DNA from: an uncultured Chloroflexia bacterium | GTDB taxonomy: Bacteria > Chloroflexota > Limnocylindria > Limnocylindrales > CSP1-4 | DNA: 64,000 bases | Assembly (NCBI GenBank): GCA_963720755.1 | Contig: CAVRGP010000002.1 | Location: 224,001-288,000 of the forward strand | Reading direction: 5' to 3' | Shown here: positions 40,774-49,008 of the stretch, in pieces | How the letters are laid out: every line of letters begins with the position of its first letter | Position numbering within the stretch: position 1 is the first letter of the stretch | Notes under the pieces: generated by a model | What the model saw: only the letters and a program-made list of their open reading frames with translations | Database searches by the model: none | Told to the model about the DNA's origin: nothing | Translations under genes and position numbers: made by a program

Positions 40774-41021
40774 TCCTTGTCTCCTTCGTTCGAGACGCCC
40801 CAACCCTCATCGCCAACCGCGACCGGACGGGTAGTGAGGCTCACCACCTCGTGACCTCGCAACGCCTCGAGGAATGGTTGAAAGCTGCCGCACACCAGGC
40901 AGCGCACGATCGGACCGTCGACCTCCACCTCGCTAACTCCGGACGCCCGCTCTAGCTGCCGAGCCGGAGGAACGCCGACGAAGCTGACTTCCACTCGTTG
41001 AGTCGGTAGCGCCCTGGTCAT
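40770..41021 (-). CDS. Stand-alone small protein resembling the C-terminal domain of ABC-2 ATPases (DUF4162-like)
   Basis: 83 aa, RVEVSF.G.PP...L....GVSEVEVDG..VRC.V.GSFQPFLEAL..HEVVSL; ATGA-coupled to the DUF4386 gene. Confidence 0.6.
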   Translation of the reverse strand: MTRALPTQRVEVSFVGVPPARQLERASGVSEVEVDGPIVRCLVCGSFQPFLEALRGHEVVSLTTRPVAVGDEGWGVSNEGDKE

Positions 41022-41549
41022 GCTCGCCAGCCTATGGAGGCGCACGGGAGCCAGCATCGATGGGATTCGTGATTGGGTAGCGAGTCGACCGTCCGCTAGT
41101 GGCTCGACGACGCCATCCAGGCGACGTGCTCGTCGTCGGCTACTTGCGCTCCCTGCCATCGCCTTGGGCGGGTCAGGGCCCGATGCGCGCCAGGCGCTGG
41201 CGACATCGCTGTCCGCGCGCACGGACGTGCTGGGATTCGAGCGGATGGAGTACGAGCTCACGCCCGATGCGATCGAACTGGGCCTCGACGCCGCGCTCCT
41301 GGCCGTGTTGGAGATCGGGCAAGTGCGTGAGTTTGGTCGGGGCGAGAGGGCATGCGCCAACACTATCCAACGGTCGGTGAGGATCGCCGGCGACGGAGTC
41401 CAGGCCGACGTTGATGCCTCGTCGGAGATCGCGCTGGCATCCCTCCGTCATGTCGGGAGACCACATCACCGCGCCCCCGTCAGCTCGGACCGCTGGCCGC
41501 TCGCGGCCGGATCGCAGGGCCAGGGCTAACGCCCGCGCCTTGATCTAGC

Positions 41550-42586
41550 TGTGGTTCACGAATAGGTTGTTGACAAGCGAGAGCCTCCCGAGGCTCGGTG
41601 TGGGTATCCAGCTCACAACCGACGGGAGACTCTCGTGGCACATCGTAGGGCGAAGCTGACGCTGCTCGGACGGCGTCTGCTGGTCGATCGGATCCTCATC
41701 GACGGGATGGCGGTGGCGCACGCCGCCGACATGGTCGGGGTCAGTCGTCAGACGGCCTGGAAATGGCTTCGCCGGTTCGAGGCGGAGGGACTCGCGGGTC
41801 TGGAGGACCGGTCCTCACGGCCGCACAGGTGTCCGCGGGCCCTGCCCCGGGCCACGGTCGATGCGATCGTGGCGGCTCGGCACGAGCACCGCTATGGACC
41901 CCATCGCCTCGCTCCCATCGTGGGCGTCCCGCGTTCGACCATCGGGGATGTCCTGATGCGTCTCGGGTTGTCCCGGCTGCGTGACCAGGATGGTCCGAGC
42001 GGCGTCCCGATCCGCTACGTCCGCGAGCGGCCCGGCGAGCTGCTCCACATGGACGTCAAGAAGCTGGGCCGGATCCCCGACGGTGGTGGACACCGGTTCC
42101 GTGGCCGGCAGACCGGCACACCGCGTTCCCGCGGAGCCGGATACGACTACCTGCACGTCGCGATCGACGACATGAGCCGCGTCGCATACGTCGGGGTCTT
42201 CGGTGACGAACGGGGCACGACGTGTGCCCGGTTCCTGCTCGACACGGCGGCGTTCTTCGCCGCGCGCGGGGTCCGGATCGAGCGGGTCCTGACCGACAAC
42301 GCCAAGAACTACACCCGGTCCCGGGCCTTCGCCGCGGCGATGTCGGAGATCGGGGCCCGGCACAAGCACACCCGGCCGTTCCGGCCCCAGACCAACGGCA
42401 AGGCCGAGCGCTTCAACGGCACCCTGGTCCGCGAGTGGGCCTACGTGCGACGCTACGACACCAATCGGGCCAGACTCGATACCCTGTCCGACTTCCTGAC
42501 CAACTACAACGAGCGACGCCCCCACGGATCGCTGAACGGACAGTCACCCATGACCGTCCTCGTCAACAACGTGTCCGGGAATCACA
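41550..42586 (+). mobile_element. IS481-family insertion sequence (1037 bp)
   Basis: TGT...ACA ends; 28-bp imperfect inverted repeats (22/28); flanks TCTAGC and CCTAGC fit the NCTAGN target of IS481. Confidence 0.9.
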
Positions 42587-42591
42587 CCTAG
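41635..42591 (+). CDS. IS481-family DDE transposase
   Basis: H..A.LT..GR, PGELLHMDVKKLG, IDD.SR, VLTDN, PQTNGKAERFN; the stop codon TAG comes from the target site. Confidence 0.95.
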   Translation: MAHRRAKLTLLGRRLLVDRILIDGMAVAHAADMVGVSRQTAWKWLRRFEAEGLAGLEDRSSRPHRCPRALPRATVDAIVAARHEHRYGPHRLAPIVGVPRSTIGDVLMRLGLSRLRDQDGPSGVPIRYVRERPGELLHMDVKKLGRIPDGGGHRFRGRQTGTPRSRGAGYDYLHVAIDDMSRVAYVGVFGDERGTTCARFLLDTAAFFAARGVRIERVLTDNAKNYTRSRAFAAAMSEIGARHKHTRPFRPQTNGKAERFNGTLVREWAYVRRYDTNRARLDTLSDFLTNYNERRPHGSLNGQSPMTVLVNNVSGNHT

Positions 42592-42989
42592 CGACCCCGT
42601 ATCGCCCGAACGAGCACCAGCCCGTACCCCGCGGCGATCCCAAGGAAGATCGCGAGGAAGCCCCAAGCGTTGAGCGAGGTCGCTGACTGGGAGTCCGTGA
42701 TGATCATCACCGCGATGAACAGGACCGTGAAGAGCGCCCAAGCCCCGCCGGCCATAGCGATGAGCGCCGCAACGACCCGCCCGAGCAGGCCACCGGTAAG
42801 AAGACCGACGGCGGCGACGACGCCCAGTCCCGCGAGGACGAACGGAAGGACCTCGATCGGGTTGCCGGAGATGTCCTCCATATGCCGTCGGCCCAGCGCC
42901 AGCCAGTACAGCCCGATGGCAGCGAGCGCGGTCAGCCACAGGGGCGGCCAACGTCGGCGGCGCTCGTTCGACCCATCCACCAGATACAC
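42588..42989 (-). CDS. Hypothetical membrane protein
   Basis: 133 aa with 4 hydrophobic segments; its stop lies in the CTAG IS target. Confidence 0.6.
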   Translation of the reverse strand: MYLVDGSNERRRRWPPLWLTALAAIGLYWLALGRRHMEDISGNPIEVLPFVLAGLGVVAAVGLLTGGLLGRVVAALIAMAGGAWALFTVLFIAVMIITDSQSATSLNAWGFLAIFLGIAAGYGLVLVRAIRGR

Positions 42990-43335
42990 CCCAGGCGAGG
43001 TCCCCGACTCTGTTCGGGCTACATCAACCTACCTTCGGCTGCTACGGGGGAGACGCACGAACGCATCGGTCCGTCACGGGCGCGGCTGGCGCGGACCGCT
43101 GATCACATGTAGCGGGTCGAGGACCGGGGCCACAGCCGAGAGCGAAGACTCAGTAGCCGAACCCCGGGCCAGCCGTCGTGAGGCCCGAGCGCGCCCGGAG
43201 CCACAAGCTCGGCGGCGTCGCTAACGGATCCCCCAGCGGCAACGAACGCCGCGAGCGCCTCGATCTGACGCTGCGTCGCCTTCGGCGATCGAGCCGGACG
43301 TCGCGAAGCGCGTAGACCAACGCGCGATGCCGATT

Positions 43336-43379
43336 AGCAATACATCGTTGTTGTGCATCTGCTCAACCATTGTATTGCT
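43336..43379. other. Probable nanopore adapter remnant / chimeric read junction
   Basis: AT-rich 44-mer AGCAATAC...GTATTGCT; both ends match the ONT ligation adapter (...TTACGTATTGCT and its complement); the band-7 gene stops abruptly here. Confidence 0.8.
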
Positions 43380-43796
43380 GCCCACGTTGATGCGGTCCGT
43401 CTCGGACAGGGTCTCGTCGAGGGTGTGCTGGCCGACCACCTTGCGCAGGGTGGTCTGGGCGATCTGGTTGATGGCTGCGTTGACGTTCTCGATGGCCACC
43501 ACCGATTTCACTGCGTCGATCACCCGGAAATAGGCCACCGCGGACACATCGACGCTGACGTTGTCCCGCGTGATGATGCCCTGTGACTGGATCGGCATCG
43601 TCACGATGCGCAGCGAGACCCGGTGCAGCACATCGACGAACGGGATGATGAACCGCAAGCCCGGCTTGCGGACGCCGATGACTCGACCGAATCGGAACAG
43701 CACCCCGAGTTCGTACTGCTTGACGACACGGACGGCAAGTGCGGCAATGATCGCCACCACCGCAGCCACTCCGAGAACGATGATCCAGGTGTTCAT
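43380..43796 (-). CDS. SPFH/band-7 (stomatin/slipin) protein, truncated at the junction
   Basis: [41 protein letters not shown]...LDE; C-terminal half missing. Confidence 0.88.
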
Positions 43797-43991
43797 GATG
43801 ATGCTCCTCGGAAACGACGGTGAGTGAGCATCGCCGGCGCCTCCCGGTGACCGAGGAGCGGAGCGATCCGGGCGTCGACCCGAGCTCAACAGGCATGGTG
43901 TGCCCTCGCTCTCCACAGTCGCCGAGCAGCTGGATCCTTCACAGGGGCAAAGGTCCTGACAGCTCGGCCACCCCGGCCGGCCACCGGGTGG

Positions 43992-44756
43992 TCACCCCTG
44001 CGGCGCGTTCCGGCCCCGGCCGGCCCGGCGGCCGGCCGGTGGCAGCGCGTGCAGTCGCAGCAGGGCGGCCTCGAGGTGCTCGACCGACAGCGCCGGAACG
44101 GACAGCGGTGTCGGCGTCGGCCTGGACACCCGGAGCCCGTCGATGACGACGCCGAGCATCCGGCGCCAGAGCTCAGGCTGATCGGGGCCGGCGAAATCGG
44201 CGGCGGTTTGCACCGACATGGTCAACAGGGGCAGATCGGTCGCCTCGATGTCCGGACGCAGCACCCCCGCCAACTGCGCCCGTCGGACGAGATCAGCTGT
44301 CAATGAATGGATCTCACTCCGAATCTGGGCAACCTGAGCGGTCAGCCGGTGCTGCCTGTCGTTGGTCGCGCAGGACGGCGTTGGTGTCCCGCGCAGCACC
44401 AGATCACGCAGTCCGTGATCGCCGACCATCATTGCGGTGGTCTCCTCCAGGAAGTACACCAGCGCGCGCCACGGGTCGTCGATGGCGGCGGCCGCGGTGG
44501 CCACGCTCACCACCTCGGCGAGGCGGGAACGGAAGAGTTCTTCGATCAGTTCGTCCTTGGTCGCGAACCGGCGGTACACGGTGCCGACACCGACACCGGC
44601 CTGCCGCGCGACGTCGGCCAGTTTCGCGTCCAGGCCCTTCTCGGCGAAAACGACCTTGGCGGCGGCGAGCACCCGGTCCAGGTTCGCCCGGGCATCGCTG
44701 CGCAGGCGCTCCGTGTCCCGCTGCGCACCGGCGGGCTCGGACGTCGTTGTCGGCAT
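43992..44756 (-). CDS. TetR family regulator
   Basis: LRSDARAN, VARQAGVGVGTVYRRF.TK, WRR.L....DGLR. Confidence 0.92.
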   Translation of the reverse strand: MPTTTSEPAGAQRDTERLRSDARANLDRVLAAAKVVFAEKGLDAKLADVARQAGVGVGTVYRRFATKDELIEELFRSRLAEVVSVATAAAAIDDPWRALVYFLEETTAMMVGDHGLRDLVLRGTPTPSCATNDRQHRLTAQVAQIRSEIHSLTADLVRRAQLAGVLRPDIEATDLPLLTMSVQTAADFAGPDQPELWRRMLGVVIDGLRVSRPTPTPLSVPALSVEHLEAALLRLHALPPAGRRAGRGRNAPQG

Positions 44757-44777
44757 GGTCACAGGATATCGCACAAC

Positions 44778-44830
44778 CGGAACAAGCAGTTCCGTTTGAG
44801 GCTATGCTCTATTCGGAACCGCTGGTTCCG
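44778..44830. promoter_or_regulatory. Two TetR operators CGGAAC-N5-GTTCCG flanking a -10 box
   Basis: Sites at 44778-44794 and 44814-44830; TATGCT at 44803-44808. Confidence 0.78.
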
Positions 44831-44884
44831 CTTACTGCCGGACGGCGTTGTCGGCCACCCCACGTACACCCCGAGGACGGATCC

Positions 44885-46410
44885 ATGACTGACATCGACC
44901 TGCGGCAGGCCCCGGCCGCCCCCGCTTCCGGAAACCGGCGCTGGCTGATCCTGGCCGTGCTGGCCATCGCCCAGCTGATGGTGGTGCTGGACGCGACCAT
45001 CGTGAACATCGCCCTGCCACAGGCCCAGGAGGCGCTGGGCTTCACCGACGGACAGCGGCAATGGGTGGTGACCGCCTACTCGCTGGCCTTCGGCAGCCTG
45101 TTGTTGCTCGGCGGTCGGATCAACGACCTCTTCGGACGCAAACGCTCCTTCATCGTCGGGCTGGTCGGATTCGCCGTCGCGTCCGCCATCGGGGGCTGGA
45201 GCCCGAACTTCGAGGTGCTGGTGACCGCCCGCGCCCTGCAGGGCGTTTTCGGTGCATTGCTGGCCCCCGCCGCCCTGTCGTTGATGACCGTGACCTTCGC
45301 CGGCTCGCCGGACGGTCCAAGGCCTTCGGCATCTACGGCGCCATCTCCGGCGCCGGGGCCGCAGTCGGCCTGCTGCTCGGCGGTTTGCTGACCGAGTACC
45401 TGTCCTGGCACTGGTGCCTGTACGTCAACGTGGTGTTCGCCGTCATCGCCCTGGTCGGTGCCGCGCTGTGCCTGCCGCGGCACGAGAAAGACGCAGAGGC
45501 AAAGACTCTCGACAGGAAGGGCGCCATCCTGGTGACCGCGGGGTTGTTCTTCCTGGTGTACGGGTTCTCCAGCTCGGAATCCAACGGCTGGGGCGACGCG
45601 CTGACCGTGTCGTTCCTGACGATCGGCGTCGCGCTGCTGGCGCTGTTCACCTGGGTGCAGTCGAAGGTCGCCCACCCGTTGCTGCCGCTGCGGATCCTGA
45701 CCGACCGGATGCGTGGCACGTCCTACCTGGTGATGCTGATTTCCGCGATCGGCATGTTCGGCATCTTTCTGTTCCTGACCTACTACCTGCAGTCCACACT
45801 GGGTTACACCCCGATCGAGACCGGCCTGGCCTTCCTGCCGATGGTCGGTGCGTTGGCGAGCACCGCGGCGGTCTGCGGTTCGGTGCTCGCCGCCCGGGTC
45901 AGCCCGAAGATCCTGGTCTCCGCGGGGCTCGCGGTGGCCGCACTCGGGATGGTGCTGCTGACCACGATCGCCGTTGACAGCAACTATTTGACCGGCATCC
46001 TGCCGGGGCTGCTGGTCGTCGGCGTCGGGCTGGGTGCGGTGTTCTCCAACGCGATGGGGCTGGCGACCCTGGGCGTCGATGCGGATGACGCGGGCGTCGC
46101 CTCGGCGACGGTCAACACCGCGCAACAGGTTGGCGGCTCGATCGGCATCGCGCTGCTCAGCAGCGTGGCCGCGTCCGCCGCGACCGGCTACGTCGCCGAC
46201 AACCCGCCGACGGCCGAGCAGCTGGCCGCGGCGGGTGGTCAGAGCGCGTTCGCCCAGCAACTGGCCGACGGCGCCACGATTGCCAGCTACCACACCGCCT
46301 TCTGGTGGGCCGCGGCGTTCTTCGCCGTGGGTGCCGTGCTGGCCGCGGTGCTCTACCGCAACGAGATCCCGGCCGCCGATCCGGACGCGGTGCCCGTGCT
46401 GGCGCACTGA
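44885..46410 (+). CDS. DHA2 (14-TMS) MFS efflux transporter (frameshift near 45315)
   Basis: VVLDATIVNIALP, WVVTAYSLAFG.LLLLGGR, GLLLGG.LTE, QQVGGSIG. Confidence 0.9.
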
Positions 46411-46443
46411 TTGCGCCGCAGGAGGCGCTGACCCGGGCGGCCC

Positions 46444-48726
46444 TTACCCGGCGCGGGTCAGCGCCCCTGCACTGAACGCGTCGACGACCATACCCAGCAC
46501 GATCACCGCGCCGGCCTTGTCCAGGGGTTGGTTTCCGTTGCCGCACTTGGGGGATTGCACGCAGGACGGACAGCCGGATTCGCACGGGCAGTCGGCGACC
46601 GCGCGGCGGACGGCGTCGAGCCAGTCGCGCAACACCGCGTGGCCGCGGTCGGCGAATCCGGCGCCGCCCGGGTAGCCGTCATAGACGATGACGGTCGGTT
46701 CCCCGGTGTCGGCGTGGGCGGCCGTCGACAGTCCGCCGATGTCCCACCGATCGCAGCCGGCGAACAGCGGCAACAGCCCGATCGCGGCGTGCTCGGCGGC
46801 GTGCAGCGCACCGGGCACCCTGGCCTCGGCGACACCGGCGGCGATCAGCGTGTCGAGCGCGATCGTGTACCAGACCGCTCTGGTGTGCAGGGTGTGCCGG
46901 GGCATGTCGAGCCCGATCACGTCGAGCAGTTCACCGTCCGGTCGGCGCCGGAGGTAGCCGACCACCTGCTCGGTGACCTCGACCGGACCGACCCCCACCC
47001 GCACCCCGCCCGGGTACCGGTCCTCGCGATGCACCGAGGACATCGACACCGTGGAATGGGAGCGGGCGATGGTCGACCACTCGGGGCGCTCCGGCCGGAC
47101 CAGCGCGACCCCGGTGTGCAGGTCCAGGTCCTGCACCACGTAGCTCTCGCCGCGGTGCAGGTGCACCGCACCGGAGTGCACCGCCGACGGGGCGCGGTGC
47201 AGGTCGACGGTGCCGAGCAATCGGGCGGTGTCCTGGTCGACGATGGCCACCTGGCCGCCACCGCCGCCGCGCAGATTCACCGCATCGGCCGGGTGACCCG
47301 GTTCGGCCCAGAACCAGCCCGTCGGCCGACGCCGAAGCACCTGACGGTCGACCAGATCGTCCAGCAGTGGTTCGATCGCCGGGCCACCGAACTGGCCGAG
47401 GTCGCCGGGCGTCAGGTGTCGTTCGGCGGCGGCGCAGGCCAGGTGCGGTCCCAGGATGTACGGGTTGGTGGGGTCGGTGACGGCCAGCTCCACCGGGCGG
47501 CCGAACACCGTCTCCGGGTGGTGCACCAGGTAGGTGTCCAACGGATCGTCGCGAGCGATGAACACCACGAGGGCGCGTTCCCCGGAATCGGCCCGCCGGC
47601 CGGCCCGGCCCGCCTGCTGCCAGACCGAGGCCAGCGTCCCCGGGTAGCCGGCCAGGATCGCGACGTCCAGCCCGGCGATGTCGATCCCCAGTTCCAGTGC
47701 ATTGGTCGACGCGAGTCCGAGCAGCTCCCCGGAATCCAGCGCACGTTCCAGCTCCCGTCGTTCTTCCGGCAGATAGCCGCCGCGGTAGGCCGCCACCCGG
47801 CCGACCAGGCCGGGTGCCAGCTCGGCCAGTCGGCGTTGCGCCGACAGGGCGGTCTGCTCCGCGCCGTGCCGGGACCGGACGAAGGTCAGCGTCCGAGCCC
47901 CGGCCGCGACCAGTTCGGCCATCATCCGGGCAGCCTCGGCGGGTGCCGAGCGGCGGGCCTGGCTCCCGTCGGAACCGGCCGGGCCGGTGCCCGGTTCCCA
48001 GAGCACGAAGTCGGCGCCCGCCCGCGGAGCCCCGTCGTCGGTGATGGCCTGCACGGGCCGGCCGATCAACCGGCCGGCCGAGGTCTGCGGGTCGGCGGTG
48101 GTCGCCGAGGCCAGGATGAACACCGGCTCCGATCCGTACATCCGCGCAAGCCGGGTCAACCGGCGCAGCACCAGTGCCACGTGCGAACCGAAAACACCGC
48201 GGTAGGAATGACACTCGTCGACCACCACATAGGCCAGCCGGCGTAGCACCCTGGCCCAGCGGGCGTGCCCGGGCAGCAGCCCGCGGTGCAGCATGTCCGG
48301 ATTGGTCAGCAGCCAGTTCGCGTGCGCCCTGGCCCAGTCCCGGTCGGGCATCGAGGAGTCCCCGTCATAGACCGCCGGCCGGAGGCCGGGCAGTCCGAGC
48401 GACTCCAGGGACTCCAGCTGATCGGCGGCCAGCGCCTTGGTGGGGGACAGGTACAGCACGCAGGACTTCGGGTTGTCCAGCACGGCCGCGAGGCCGGGAA
48501 GCTGATAGGCCAGGGACTTCCCGGACGCCGTCCCGGTCGCCAGCACCACATCGTGACCGGCGTGGGCAAGCTCGGCGGCCTGAGCCTGATGGGTCCAGGG
48601 GCGATTGACGCCCCGGGCCGCGAACACCTCCCGGGCGGCCTGCGGCACCCACTCCGGCCAGGGGGCGGACCGGCCGGGACGCCACGGCATCTGCTCCACA
48701 TGGGTGATCGACGGTGTGACTGACAT
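46444..48726 (-). CDS. DEAD/DEAH-box helicase with C-terminal DUF1998 (SftH/MrfA-like, Rv3649 homologue)
   Basis: TGTASGKS, DECH, SAT, LELGIDI, QQAGRAGR, HAAEHA, CPCESGCPSC..SPKC; start uncertain (the ORF opens at 48924). Confidence 0.92.
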   Translation of the reverse strand: MSVTPSITHVEQMPWRPGRSAPWPEWVPQAAREVFAARGVNRPWTHQAQAAELAHAGHDVVLATGTASGKSLAYQLPGLAAVLDNPKSCVLYLSPTKALAADQLESLESLGLPGLRPAVYDGDSSMPDRDWARAHANWLLTNPDMLHRGLLPGHARWARVLRRLAYVVVDECHSYRGVFGSHVALVLRRLTRLARMYGSEPVFILASATTADPQTSAGRLIGRPVQAITDDGAPRAGADFVLWEPGTGPAGSDGSQARRSAPAEAARMMAELVAAGARTLTFVRSRHGAEQTALSAQRRLAELAPGLVGRVAAYRGGYLPEERRELERALDSGELLGLASTNALELGIDIAGLDVAILAGYPGTLASVWQQAGRAGRRADSGERALVVFIARDDPLDTYLVHHPETVFGRPVELAVTDPTNPYILGPHLACAAAERHLTPGDLGQFGGPAIEPLLDDLVDRQVLRRRPTGWFWAEPGHPADAVNLRGGGGGQVAIVDQDTARLLGTVDLHRAPSAVHSGAVHLHRGESYVVQDLDLHTGVALVRPERPEWSTIARSHSTVSMSSVHREDRYPGGVRVGVGPVEVTEQVVGYLRRRPDGELLDVIGLDMPRHTLHTRAVWYTIALDTLIAAGVAEARVPGALHAAEHAAIGLLPLFAGCDRWDIGGLSTAAHADTGEPTVIVYDGYPGGAGFADRGHAVLRDWLDAVRRAVADCPCESGCPSCVQSPKCGNGNQPLDKAGAVIVLGMVVDAFSAGALTRAG

Positions 48727-49008
48727 CACTGTGGGGGCGCTGCACCGATTCAGCACTTCGAGCAGCCCGCGAGGATCTGCCCAGGCATCCGGTGACGTCA
48801 CTGTTCCATTGTCCCGCCGCCCACCGACAAAGGATCGCAAGCGCCTTCCGCGGGCCGGTACGGGCGCGGTCGGTAGGAGGCGGCTGATCGGTGCTTTACA
48901 GTACGGATCGTCACGTCGGGTCACCGGCGGGCGACGCGTTCGACCAGCGCCGGTCCGCAGCGAGTTGACCGGTCCGAGTAAATGCCCCTCGCATGGATCA
49001 GGAGCTCG

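Noticed and set aside
41020-41529. 169-aa ORF before the IS
   Set aside because: Partly protein-like, but with no recognisable motif or clear start; it cannot be supported as a gene
43221-43379. Novel C-terminus on the band-7 protein
   Set aside because: It is the translation of the adapter scar and of unrelated DNA across the junction
46444-48924. DUF1998 helicase as a DISARM/Druantia-type defence system
   Set aside because: It is a single fused SftH/MrfA-type gene in conserved actinomycete housekeeping synteny, with no DNA methylase or partner defence genes
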